Shown here: positions 28,047 through 37,358 of the stretch, piece after piece
How positions within the stretch are numbered: position 1 is the first letter of the stretch
Layout of the letters: the number at the start of each line of letters is the position of its first letter
Source of the DNA: Candidatus Aenigmatarchaeota archaeon
Lineage (GTDB): Archaea; Aenigmatarchaeota; Aenigmatarchaeia; CG10238-14; SCSR01
Length of the DNA stretch: 64,000 bases
Assembly (NCBI GenBank): GCA_016187385.1
Contig: JACPJU010000001.1
Span: 337,144-401,143 of the forward strand
Direction of reading: 5' to 3'
Position numbers and translations under genes: made by a program
Notes under the pieces: generated by a model
The model's input: the letters and a program-made list of their open reading frames with translations, nothing else
Database searches by the model: none
Told to the model about the DNA's origin: nothing

Positions 28047-28836
28047 CCTCTATAAATTTCATGAGTTCCAAAAGTCTGTCCTGTTTCCTTTTTATCGAAA
28101 ACCCTAAATTAACAAAGAAGTTTGTCAGACTTTCTGCTTTAATATACAAATTATAGTATGTACCATTCGGATTGAATGAAGACCCCCCAACTTTATATTT
28201 ATTAGCTTTAATTCCAAACTCTTCCAAAAGTCGTTTACACACATCTATTAATTGTTCATTTTTGTTAATAATCTTTATTTGATGACCATTGCAATTTTTA
28301 CGTTTTGTTATAGTACCTTCACTATCAAAAATACCCATCAGAAAACCACGCTTCATATCTTTACTCATTTTAAGTGCTTCTGTTGTGGGAAAATTTTTAA
28401 GGAATATATGCAAACTTTTTGAGTGAACAGTTGCGTTATAAAATCCTCTTTTGTCAAAAAAAGTTGTGCAATGACCACCTATTAAATTAATATGTTTTTC
28501 AAAAAATTCTACAAAATCTTTATCTTTAGCCTTTAATCTTACATAAAAATGTTCTGCACCATTTCTTTCTTTCCAAGAAGATAGATTTCCATCACCAAAA
28601 ACAACCCCAATAGTATAACCTAGCGAAAACGAAGGTTCCAGATTAATAAATTTCAAATCTTTAAAGGGTTTTTTAATTTTCAATCTAACAGCTTTAGTTC
28701 TTATGCCGCTTAATGTTCTTTGAGAAAATAAATCCTTCAAATCTCCAAAGCGATAAGATGGATATGCTTGTTTTAATCTCATTATTTCATTTGTGGTCCA
28801 TCTAGAAATTTTATCTTTCACAAATACTAATTTCAA
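28027..28836 (-). CDS. Free-standing LAGLIDADG homing endonuclease (double-motif)
   Basis: 269 aa with two LAGLIDADG motifs: IGVVFGDGNL and LMGIFDSEGTI. Confidence 0.75.
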   Translation of the reverse strand: MKLVFVKDKISRWTTNEIMRLKQAYPSYRFGDLKDLFSQRTLSGIRTKAVRLKIKKPFKDLKFINLEPSFSLGYTIGVVFGDGNLSSWKERNGAEHFYVRLKAKDKDFVEFFEKHINLIGGHCTTFFDKRGFYNATVHSKSLHIFLKNFPTTEALKMSKDMKRGFLMGIFDSEGTITKRKNCNGHQIKIINKNEQLIDVCKRLLEEFGIKANKYKVGGSSFNPNGTYYNLYIKAESLTNFFVNLGFSIKRKQDRLLELMKFIEGGYYSH

Positions 28837-28858
28837 TTGTAAGAATATAAATCTAAAA

Positions 28859-29728
28859 TTATTTTACAATCACACTTTTCTCAGCTACAGCCACCAAAGC
28901 ATTGCTCTCTTCCTTCAAAGGCGGATATTCTGCTATAGCTCCAACTTCAATCAATTGCCTCAGAGCCATGTCCATCTTCAAAGGCGACACTCCAGTGATC
29001 CATCTCTGCGTGAAGGGCAATTTCTCAAAATCATTCACAGCCATTTCCAAGACTTTCCTCGCCTCCCACAACCTCACAGGCGAATCTTTCCTGTATTGGA
29101 AAATTCTTGACGGGGAAGAGTCAACAACAAACCCGCTGCCGTCTGTCACAAACACTTCAACAGCATAGACATTCCCGCTTTCTATTTCGTCCTGCATCGA
29201 ATTCTTAATATTCGGTATTGAAGGATGCGCGTGCTGTTCGTGTCTTTCCAGCCTGTGACCGGTCAAATTCCTGATGACTTTGAATCCGGCGTCATTTACT
29301 GTATTTTCAATAACTTCGGAGACTTCAGAAACTTTCGTGCCATGCTTGAACATCTTCAACGCGTTCTCCAGTGCCTTCTCGGAAGCTTCTATCATAGGAT
29401 GCGACTTTTTTCCTATGCAGATTGTAAAAGCCCTGTCGCATATGTATCCGTTCACATGAACACCAATATCAATCTTCACCATATCGCCTTCCTCCAGCGC
29501 GTTATCGTCATTGATTGAAGGTGTGGCGTGCGCAGCTATCTCATTGACAGAAATGTTGACAGGCCATGCCGGCTTGCCTCCCAGTTCAATGACCCTTTTT
29601 TCTATAGTATCAGCTATATCCAGTATCCTGGCATTTTCCTTCACAAGTCTTTCTGCAAAACCGACAGCATCGCCCGCAATCAGAAAAGCCTTTTCATAAG
29701 CCTGCGCTTGTTCCTTTTCCATGTTCAT
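28859..29728 (-). CDS. map: Methionine aminopeptidase, type 2 (archaeal MAP2)
   Basis: 289 aa with the pita-bread fold metal ligands (D, D, H, E, E) in MAP2-like spacing (GHRLERHEQHAHPSIPN...YAVEVFVTDGSG). Confidence 0.85.
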   Translation of the reverse strand: MNMEKEQAQAYEKAFLIAGDAVGFAERLVKENARILDIADTIEKRVIELGGKPAWPVNISVNEIAAHATPSINDDNALEEGDMVKIDIGVHVNGYICDRAFTICIGKKSHPMIEASEKALENALKMFKHGTKVSEVSEVIENTVNDAGFKVIRNLTGHRLERHEQHAHPSIPNIKNSMQDEIESGNVYAVEVFVTDGSGFVVDSSPSRIFQYRKDSPVRLWEARKVLEMAVNDFEKLPFTQRWITGVSPLKMDMALRQLIEVGAIAEYPPLKEESNALVAVAEKSVIVK

Positions 29729-29761
29729 CTTTTAAATGAATGAAGTTTATGTATTTATTCT

Positions 29762-30373
29762 ATGAACTTAAAGTTAAATTGGACACTAACATTCCTCGCA
29801 GTATGCGTAGTTGTTTTCCTTTTTCAAATGATGGGCCTAGTCGATATCTTGACATTCGGCTTCACCCCCGCGCTCGCCATTCAACAGCCGTGGACATTCG
29901 TAACATCCATGTTCATGCACGGCGACATAACCCATCTGTTTTTCAACATGTTCGCACTTGCAATGTTCGGACTGATCCTAGAGAGCAAGATAGGATCAAG
30001 AAATTTTTTCATCGTCTATTTTCTTTCCGGGATAGCCGGAAGCATAGGATACATTATAACAACTTCCAACCCAAACATACCGGCGATCGGCGCAAGCGGT
30101 GCTGTGTATGGCATTATGGGGACTCTTGCTGTTTTGATGCCAGCCGCGACAGTCTGGTTTGGAGGGTTCGTTCCGATGCCGATGGCGTTTGCTGTCGTTT
30201 TCTGGACACTGTCGGAATTCTTCGGTTTGTTCGCTCCGAGCGGAATAGCGCACGGTGCTCACCTCTTCGGTTTGTTCATAGGGCTGGGTTATGGCTTCCT
30301 TCTCAGAAAACAAGAGCATAGAACAATGCACCGGAGAATAAAACTAGATGGATATGCCGACTGGGAAACCTAA
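29762..30373 (+). CDS. Rhomboid family intramembrane serine protease
   Basis: 203 aa, 6 TM. GASGAVYG (GxSG catalytic Ser) and AHGAHLFG (catalytic His) are present. Confidence 0.85.
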   Translation: MNLKLNWTLTFLAVCVVVFLFQMMGLVDILTFGFTPALAIQQPWTFVTSMFMHGDITHLFFNMFALAMFGLILESKIGSRNFFIVYFLSGIAGSIGYIITTSNPNIPAIGASGAVYGIMGTLAVLMPAATVWFGGFVPMPMAFAVVFWTLSEFFGLFAPSGIAHGAHLFGLFIGLGYGFLLRKQEHRTMHRRIKLDGYADWET

Positions 30374-30379
30374 AAGCTT

Positions 30380-30620
30380 TTAACACCAAAAACCAAATAA
30401 CACTTAGTTCAGATGTCATCCCGAACCTTAGCGCATCAAGTATGTGTACTAGTTTTGTCTAAGGTAAACTACACAGGAATTAAATGCTGATTCGGGATGA
30501 GTCCGCTTAAATTCTTCGGATGACCTAACACTTGTTCTGAATTGATTGGGAAAGGACGGCAGGTTATCCCCTTGGAGGCTATTCGATTTCTTTGTCGTCC
30601 CTCAATGATTGCTATGATTA
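30380..30620. ncRNA. Candidate structured non-coding RNA (unassigned; possible SRP-RNA-like element)
   Basis: The intergenic stretch is about 330 bp and relatively GC-rich, with long-range complementarity (GTCATCCCGAA / TTCGGGATG). It contains a GGGAAAGGACGGCAGG segment reminiscent of the SRP RNA helix-8 GGAA...AGCAG region and a hairpin whose loop carries CCCCTTGGAGG. Unverified. Confidence 0.2.
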
Positions 30621-30705
30621 AAAGATGGATAAGATTGGTATTGACGAAATACAGAAACAGGAAAAACAATGTTTAGTTGTTACTACCATCTTATTCGATG
30701 CATTC

Positions 30706-31947
30706 TTATTTTACGCTTTCTATAAATGGTCCAAAATCCGGATCAGAACGAAGTGCTTCTTTAACATCGTTTTCTTCAAGATCGCGTCGTGTATCAGGCT
30801 TAGAATAAGCACCTAGAACTAATTGGATCCTTCCATCAAAATCAATACCATTTTCATTGTAAATGTACTCAGGTTTCAAAACATTTGTGTATGCTATTAT
30901 AGTTGCTCCTAATTTTTTACCAATCTCTTCCCTTCTTCTAACTCCTCTTCTAAATCCTGTGTAAACCCCATCATAAGGATGATCACTGTCGATTATCTGA
31001 TAATTCCTGTAGAATAATGGCTTTGTCGCCTTTATTCCTATTAACGATCTTGTTTTCAACATCTTTACTCCCTGTATCTCTTCATCTGTTCTTGCCACCT
31101 CGGAGAGTCTCTTAACCCATATCTCGTCGTTGTCTGCATAAAGCCTTCTGCCGTTTTCATCAAGTTTTCTCATCAAAGATAAAAGTACAGTTTCGTAATA
31201 AGCTCCTGTAAGGTTTCTACTATATGCGTTTAAAACATTCGTTCTGGCTCTTTCTATACTTTCCCTATTTTTATGTTCATAACTTGGAAATTCGCCATCA
31301 TCAGATACTTCGTCATCATCAAGTACTACATAATTTGGAGGTACCACTCCTTCTCTTGAAAGTATTAATCCTCCCCTTTCAAGATCTATTTCCGCTTTTC
31401 TTAGAATCCTTTCCAAATATCTGCGTTCTGAAGTTGACATTGCGTCTAATGCTATATGAGAAGAATTTTCAAAACTTTGTGCGATTTTGTTGTATCTACC
31501 ATTTCCCTTTATTTCACCGGCAATTATTTCAGGGTCGCCAAAATTTTCTCGGATCCACATCGGCAGTTGTGAGCCTGTAAAATATCCTTGTCCTGTTAAT
31601 GCGTTAATATTAATTTGTTCTGTATCAAAAACCTCATCGCAATGTGGAACTGCAGCAGTTGTATTTGAATCATGCATTGCAAGTATCCCCATTATTATGC
31701 CTGTCTCAGTCGGACTTATTTCATCAGTCCTTAATAATATGGACCCTCCTATCCTCATCGCGTGCTCAATGTGATAAAATCTAGATAATCTCGATTGTAT
31801 TCCTTTGCTAGCTCTATAAGTCGAGAATGTAGGTCCCCATAAATTAACTCCTTTAAGTCTTTCTATTTCCCGAGGATAAGGTCTAGGTAAACTGGTGACA
31901 GATTCTCTTCTCGTGACTAATCTTGAACCTAATGTTATTTCATTCAT
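30706..31947 (-). CDS. Hypothetical protein, co-operonic partner of the NrdD-like gene
   Basis: 413 aa. Its start overlaps the stop of the upstream gene (ATGA). No recognisable motifs: no Walker A, no radical-SAM CxxxCxxC, no glycyl-radical motif. Confidence 0.5.
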   Translation of the reverse strand: MNEITLGSRLVTRRESVTSLPRPYPREIERLKGVNLWGPTFSTYRASKGIQSRLSRFYHIEHAMRIGGSILLRTDEISPTETGIIMGILAMHDSNTTAAVPHCDEVFDTEQININALTGQGYFTGSQLPMWIRENFGDPEIIAGEIKGNGRYNKIAQSFENSSHIALDAMSTSERRYLERILRKAEIDLERGGLILSREGVVPPNYVVLDDDEVSDDGEFPSYEHKNRESIERARTNVLNAYSRNLTGAYYETVLLSLMRKLDENGRRLYADNDEIWVKRLSEVARTDEEIQGVKMLKTRSLIGIKATKPLFYRNYQIIDSDHPYDGVYTGFRRGVRRREEIGKKLGATIIAYTNVLKPEYIYNENGIDFDGRIQLVLGAYSKPDTRRDLEENDVKEALRSDPDFGPFIESVK

Positions 31948-33869
31948 GTTAACACAAAATACCCTATGTCGGATTTACTAACTAGCTTTAAAATCTCTCC
32001 CAATTCCCTATCCTTTTTGATAATACTTTGATGACCAAAATCGTGTAATGCATGGAATTTTTTTTCTATCCGAATCTTTTCTTTAAGATCTATTCCAGAA
32101 TTTTCAGCAACTGATGACCCAGATGTATAGCATGGATTTTCCTTATCGCCACTGTAAATGACTTTGTCACCGAAGTCGTGTATATCTTTTTGGGCAAATC
32201 TTTCAAGTACAGGTTTGAATATGTGTTCACATACCCCAACTTTAAATGGCATCTTCTCATGTTCTACAGATTTTTTCATATGGTTCAGAACTTTCAAAGT
32301 AAAGTCTACAGATTCTTCATTTTCGTGCAATTGATATCCTACTAATTTTTTAGCAACTTCATTCAAGCCAGCCGTGCATACAACATAAGTTGACTTGTCC
32401 AAATCATAATATCTTTCACCACCGAATTTTGAGAAAATGAAAGATGGTGATGTATGTGATTTACCACCTATATATTCAGCCGATGCTGTTAGCACATCTA
32501 AACAAGCACCAATGCTTTTATCAAGGCTTTCAAAAAATTCAGATTCTCCTTTTGTTTGCCACGCTATGCGTGGTAGATTGATAGTAGTTGTTTGACAATT
32601 ACCTTTTCCAAACGAATTATCACTAATTGGATTGTCTATTCTTATTACTTCATGAAAATATGATGCATCTTTTTGCCAGGACGGCACTAGGTTAGCAAAT
32701 AAGGGTCTTGTTAACTTGTCTAGATTTTTTTCTATAGATTCTGTTGCTTCAGTTTTATCCCATCCTTTATACATGTTAAAAACTAGGCGCGGCTGTTTTA
32801 GCTTTTCTATCGCTTCCAAGAATGCTTTAGTTATAGATTGAGATTCCGATTCAAAATCACCGTAAGTACCAACGACTTTTCCTTTAGGTCCTATGGCTGG
32901 TTGTTTTTGTAAAGAGCTTGGAATTGCCAAGTCGAAACAGTAATAAAGTGCTGTACCTTGCATTGTCGATGAAATGTGGGTGTAGATATTCGCCAGATTT
33001 TCCATCATTTCTTTTAATTGAATAACATTTAGTCCAGAAATGAACGGTGCAAGGAAAACATTTAGATGATTAAACGCTTGCGGGCCAGCAATGTCTTTTT
33101 TTGACATCTCTAGTATGGTTCTCAGATAATTTAAGACATCGTAAAGATTCTTTGGAGGTTGTTGTTCAGATAACCCATTCTTTAAGATTGGTCTTAAATC
33201 ATGTAATATAGAAACTGGTTTAGGTATGCCAATATTATAAATGTCTATTCCCCCCTCGTTGTACATTTTTATCGACGATTCTAATTTTTTCTCTTTCATA
33301 ATATTTTGCAATGAATAGTCTCCAAAAATTCTCGTGGAAGATAATTTTTCTACTGATGAATCGAATATTTTTTTCTCTTCAAGTAAGATTCGTAAAATTA
33401 AAGACTCTAGACTACTAATGCTAATCCCCCCATAAACTTCATTTGAAATTTTTGATAAAACAGATTCTACAAGCCAAACTGGTATTCCTATGTCCATGAG
33501 TTTTTGGCGTAATTGGCTAGTTTTGAATTCTTCTGGCAATCCTTCCGCATTAACAATATGAAATGACGAATCTCCAATACTATCTTGTTTTGAAACAGAA
33601 CTAAGAACATCAAAATTTATTTTAAAATTTTTTAATACGTAAAGTTTTTTTTGCCTACCGTTGTCTATTTTAACGTCAGATTTTAGTATGTCTGCCTTTT
33701 CAAGCTCGTTCAGGTATTTGTGTGCTGTGGAAAAACTAAGTTTAAGCTTGTTTCTAACATCTGTAATGGAGTTTTCCCCTTCTTTTGCGATTAACTCGAC
33801 TATTTTGAATTTTCCTTCGCTATCTAAAGCCTTGAATTTTGAAATTGCATCCCGATTATTCTCTGTCAT
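31944..33869 (-). CDS. Class III ribonucleotide reductase (NrdD)-like protein lacking the glycyl-radical / Zn-ribbon C-terminal region, with an N-terminal winged HTH
   Basis: 641 aa. An N-terminal wHTH (ITDVRNKLKLSFSTAHKYLNELEKADIL) is followed by segments that I recall aligning with E. coli NrdD: LAPFISGLN vs LAPFV, and GNCQTTTINLPRIAWQTKGESEFFESL vs GVISLNLPRIALEAKGDEATFWKLL. No RVxGY glycyl-radical motif and no CxxC...CxxC zinc site are present. Confidence 0.5.
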   Translation of the reverse strand: MTENNRDAISKFKALDSEGKFKIVELIAKEGENSITDVRNKLKLSFSTAHKYLNELEKADILKSDVKIDNGRQKKLYVLKNFKINFDVLSSVSKQDSIGDSSFHIVNAEGLPEEFKTSQLRQKLMDIGIPVWLVESVLSKISNEVYGGISISSLESLILRILLEEKKIFDSSVEKLSSTRIFGDYSLQNIMKEKKLESSIKMYNEGGIDIYNIGIPKPVSILHDLRPILKNGLSEQQPPKNLYDVLNYLRTILEMSKKDIAGPQAFNHLNVFLAPFISGLNVIQLKEMMENLANIYTHISSTMQGTALYYCFDLAIPSSLQKQPAIGPKGKVVGTYGDFESESQSITKAFLEAIEKLKQPRLVFNMYKGWDKTEATESIEKNLDKLTRPLFANLVPSWQKDASYFHEVIRIDNPISDNSFGKGNCQTTTINLPRIAWQTKGESEFFESLDKSIGACLDVLTASAEYIGGKSHTSPSFIFSKFGGERYYDLDKSTYVVCTAGLNEVAKKLVGYQLHENEESVDFTLKVLNHMKKSVEHEKMPFKVGVCEHIFKPVLERFAQKDIHDFGDKVIYSGDKENPCYTSGSSVAENSGIDLKEKIRIEKKFHALHDFGHQSIIKKDRELGEILKLVSKSDIGYFVLT

Positions 33870-33966
33870 AATATCCTATTAAGTTTATGTTGAATGCTAA
33901 TATTTAAAAATGTGATATCAAGGATTTAAATGTATCATAATTTGTGATATATGTCAATAATTAATC

Positions 33967-35106
33967 CTATTTAAAATTTCTAAAAGCGGTTCGACTTTTT
34001 GTTACCGTGTATACATGAGGCAGTCTATTTTGAATGTGAACATCATCAGGTATAAATCTGGTCATGCCGGCAGAACCTAGTTTTGGCTTTTGGCTTAAAT
34101 AGTCATAAACTACAGTCATACCAAGTTCTAATCCTTTAATTATAGTTGACGGATCGATTATAGGCTGTTGTTCTAGATACCATAATAGTGTTCCACCCAA
34201 AACATCACCACATCCTATTGTACTTAATTCGCCAGTTCTGATATAAGGTAAACCAGAACAAACCGTTCTTACCACATCCTGACCTTCTTTGTGGTATATG
34301 CTTATTTCAGTTGCTCTTGTGGTGATTATTGCCATGAGATTCTTGTGTGACGCCATTAACCGTTGTGGACCAGTGTGTATATTTCCTGTTAGTAAGTAAG
34401 TTTCGTCTTGGTTGCTTCTTAGTATGTCGATTTTCGATAGCTGACTCTCTACAAGTTTTGGGTTTTTACGCATATCAGGACCAGGATCGTAATATATAAT
34501 AGTGTTTTCACCCCCCTGTTTGTAACTTCTTATAGCATTAATGATTGTAGGTTGTGCTTCGACAAACCCCCCAGTTACGCTGATTATTCCTAAGTAGCCG
34601 ATGTTAGCAAGTCTATTAAGAAGGGAAACTACAACTTTCGGATCTCTAAAGTCATAATATGCTCTGCCTTCTCCAGTGTTTTCATAAAGTGATTCTAACC
34701 GATGATGTCTAGCTTCGATACGGTCTCGTACTCTCTTGTTGGATATAGATGATATATCTTCTATCGGTGCTGGAACTTTAAATGAGGTGGTTGGTGTATC
34801 AGATTTGTGTAACACAGGGGTCGTGTATCTTAATGATCCGAGAATATCGTGACTACTGTGTCCTTGAAATTCAGCTTCGGTTCTATTTTTATAGAAATCA
34901 GGACCTACAGATGATACTAAATAAGCTCCTCCTCCTTTTCCATATGCCCTACAAAGTCTGTCAATAGTAAGGGCTTGGTTAAGGCCACATCCTCCCCATT
35001 TTGGTGTAAATCCAATTTCTTGAGCGCTTTCATCAAAAAACAAGTCGAATGCTATCGGACCGAAAACAGCTATATGTCTGTGTGGTTCATAGTCTGTTTT
35101 TGACAT
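33967..35106 (-). CDS. PfkB-family carbohydrate/nucleoside kinase
   Basis: 379 aa with an N-terminal GG motif (KWGGCGLNQA) and a C-terminal anion-hole motif (STIGCGDVLGG ~ DTxGAGD). Confidence 0.55.
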   Translation of the reverse strand: MSKTDYEPHRHIAVFGPIAFDLFFDESAQEIGFTPKWGGCGLNQALTIDRLCRAYGKGGGAYLVSSVGPDFYKNRTEAEFQGHSSHDILGSLRYTTPVLHKSDTPTTSFKVPAPIEDISSISNKRVRDRIEARHHRLESLYENTGEGRAYYDFRDPKVVVSLLNRLANIGYLGIISVTGGFVEAQPTIINAIRSYKQGGENTIIYYDPGPDMRKNPKLVESQLSKIDILRSNQDETYLLTGNIHTGPQRLMASHKNLMAIITTRATEISIYHKEGQDVVRTVCSGLPYIRTGELSTIGCGDVLGGTLLWYLEQQPIIDPSTIIKGLELGMTVVYDYLSQKPKLGSAGMTRFIPDDVHIQNRLPHVYTVTKSRTAFRNFK

Positions 35107-35379
35107 GGAATTATATTAAATACTAACATTTAAAAATCTGTAGCTTAGGTATCATAACTCTCGATATATCATAATTTATGATATTCTATATCAAGAAGAG
35201 AGATATATAAATACTCCTGAGAAATTATCTGTTAGGTGATGAATGATGTTAGAAAACTTGCAACAAACTGATTTCACACTTGTAAACTCAAGGTGTGAAG
35301 GAGGGGAATAAATATGATGAATATAGTCTTTGACTAATGCGTATTATAGTAGTTTCTTTCTCCTTTTGGCCGATCAACC

Positions 35380-35437
35380 GAAGTCGGAGAACCACCCCCT
35401 TGGAGGATCCGTTACTATAAACATGTTCTCCGACTTC
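35380..35437 (+). other. Perfect 13-bp inverted repeat hairpin (GAAGTCGGAGAAC...GTTCTCCGACTTC) with the CCCCTTGGAGG motif in its loop
   Basis: Read directly from the sequence. It sits in a 530-bp intergenic region between the kinase and ogg genes. Confidence 0.5.
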
Positions 35438-35636
35438 AATTATTTTTATGGTGCTAATATGAGCGACAAAACATGGGCAAAATTAGTGTTAACAAAATAT
35501 AGAAATAGTAAAGGCAGTAAGAAGTGATTACTGTCGGCGCCTTCTCTCCCGCTTTCTTCTTCTCATTCTCTGTTTTCTGGTTTTCTTCCTGCGCCTTCTT
35601 TTCTCCCCGGCTGCCATTTACATCACTTGAATTTTC

Positions 35637-36272
35637 CTATTTAAAAATGAATCCAGTCTCCTTCGACCATAACAACAAGTCCAATTCATCCAGTGGAATT
35701 TCCATCTTGCCCGCGAATCGTTTCATCTTCTCTTCTATATCAAGATACAAATTTTTTGTTAGAGATTTCGGCACCTGTTCGATTACATCAAATTTTTCCA
35801 GATTTCTCAGTATATGAGTGTCCAATATCGCCAACTGATTTTCGCTTAGTCCTATGTTTCTTATGAAATGAGACGACTCCTTCATGCCTATGCCTTTCAC
35901 ATTCTCAACTATCCAGCCTCGCAAGGAAATAGGGTCTTTGAACTGCGATAACTTTTTCTTAATTACAATTCTTCCGTTTTCTGTAAAGAATTTTCTCGCT
36001 CCAATCAGATACCCTGTTTTATTGTTTCCAAATCTCACAGCATTCAGGAACGGTCTTATCTCATCATAATCGCCCGTAAAGAGCAGACTGTTCTTTTCCA
36101 AGGACTTTATAACATTCCAGCATATCGTGGCTTTCGACTGCGGAGTCAGAATACAGAAAGCAAGTTCTGCAAACAGTTTTTCATCCGTCTGGTCTGATAC
36201 GGATTTAAATTCATCCAATCTTTTCCTGATATCCGTCTTTTTGCCTTCGTACAATTTTCTTATTTCTTCCAT
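35637..36272 (-). CDS. ogg: N-glycosylase/DNA lyase (archaeal Ogg2-type 8-oxoguanine DNA glycosylase, HhH-GPD)
   Basis: 211 aa. AELAFCILTPQSKA and the HhH block GIGMKESSHFIRNIGL...LDTHILR are present. Confidence 0.7.
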   Translation of the reverse strand: MEEIRKLYEGKKTDIRKRLDEFKSVSDQTDEKLFAELAFCILTPQSKATICWNVIKSLEKNSLLFTGDYDEIRPFLNAVRFGNNKTGYLIGARKFFTENGRIVIKKKLSQFKDPISLRGWIVENVKGIGMKESSHFIRNIGLSENQLAILDTHILRNLEKFDVIEQVPKSLTKNLYLDIEEKMKRFAGKMEIPLDELDLLLWSKETGFIFK

Positions 36273-36763
36273 GTCATCGCATTTTTAATTCTATTGACAG
36301 CATTCCAGAATTTCTCCCTGAACACCAAAAGTTTTGTTCTGTAGCCGAAAGTTAAAAGCAACAACAACGCACCTACGACTTCCATCGATATCTCATACAA
36401 TCCGGGCTGGACTGCAAATCCGCATGTATGCAGCCACGGATAATCAATGAAAGGATAGAGCACAGGAACATTTCCATTCACGTCTTCTATGAGATGGAAT
36501 GCAACACCCAGCATCACAGCGATAGTAAATTTTTTGTTTCTGGTAATTGCATACGCAATCATGCCGGGTATCGGAATAAAGAGAAACGTGTGCGCCAAGA
36601 ACCTCGCGCATGAGAAAGTTCCCGGAGCTATCAAGTTTCCGAACACGAACAGTCCTTTGTCTATCACATCAGGCAACAGTGCACCTATGACGGCGCCTAA
36701 TGCGGGCAAGTACAATAATGATGCAACAAACGCTGTAACACCGGCGTGTCCTAGTATGTACAT
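36260..36763 (-). CDS. Membrane-bound metal-dependent hydrolase-like protein (DUF457/YdjM-like)
   Basis: 167 aa, 4 TM, with LPDVIDK and HLIEDV motifs. Confidence 0.4.
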   Translation of the reverse strand: MYILGHAGVTAFVASLLYLPALGAVIGALLPDVIDKGLFVFGNLIAPGTFSCARFLAHTFLFIPIPGMIAYAITRNKKFTIAVMLGVAFHLIEDVNGNVPVLYPFIDYPWLHTCGFAVQPGLYEISMEVVGALLLLLTFGYRTKLLVFREKFWNAVNRIKNAMTWKK

Positions 36764-36764
36764 A

Positions 36765-37349
36765 TCAATTCCTTAAATTAGAACCTTTCTCCTTAATAAA
36801 TTTCAAAATTTTGTTTACAACTTGGTCCACTGTCAGATAAGAAGTATCTATGACCAAGTCAGCTTCCCTTTTCTGGTCAAGATAATCGAATCCATACAAT
36901 TTCTTGAATAGATGCCTTTCCATGTTCTCCCTTTCTCCCACTTTTTTCAGGGCATCCTCCACAGAAATTCCGTCCCTTCTGGATGTTCTTTCAGCACGTT
37001 TTTCCAATGATGCACCAATCCATATCTTACAGTCGGATAATTCTTTTAAAAAATGAATGGACAGTGTCCCTTCCAACACTATATTTCCCTTTTCGGCTTT
37101 TTCTATCTGCAATTTGTCGATATGTTCATGCAATGTTTTGCTTGCGCCTTCTTTTGTCTTCAAATATGACAGAGCAGCCTTTGTTTCATTCCCTTTCTTA
37201 CCCGACAATTTCTTGAAGTATTCGCCGGGAGAAAAATATTTTATTTTGAGTTTTTTAGCCAGTACTTTTGCGATAGTTGATCCGCCAGAACCTGGCGGGC
37301 TTGACACCACAACTACTAATTTTTTCATATTATGAATTGTCGCATTCAA
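36765..37349 (-). CDS. cmk: Archaeal-type cytidylate (CMP) kinase
   Basis: 194 aa with the P-loop VVVSSPPGSGGSTIAKVLAKKL. It sits in the conserved position next to rps10/tuf. Confidence 0.6.
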   Translation of the reverse strand: MNATIHNMKKLVVVVSSPPGSGGSTIAKVLAKKLKIKYFSPGEYFKKLSGKKGNETKAALSYLKTKEGASKTLHEHIDKLQIEKAEKGNIVLEGTLSIHFLKELSDCKIWIGASLEKRAERTSRRDGISVEDALKKVGERENMERHLFKKLYGFDYLDQKREADLVIDTSYLTVDQVVNKILKFIKEKGSNLRN

Positions 37350-37358
37350 TAAAAATAC

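Noticed and set aside
30380-30620. RNase P RNA hypothesis for the candidate ncRNA
   Set aside because: A GGAAAGGACGG segment resembles the P4 GGAAAGUCCGG block and CCGCTTA resembles CGGCUUA. However, they occur in the wrong 5'-to-3' order and the region is too short, so it is not RNase P RNA.
30469-30669. 66-aa minus-strand ORF inside the rhomboid/NrdD-like intergenic region
   Set aside because: Low-complexity hydrophobic translation (MFFLFLYFVNTNL...) spanning a region with strong RNA-like secondary-structure signals. It is more likely non-coding.
35313-35360. Box C/D sRNA (ATGATGA at about 35313)
   Set aside because: No matching D box (CTGA) or C'/D' boxes at appropriate spacing were found.
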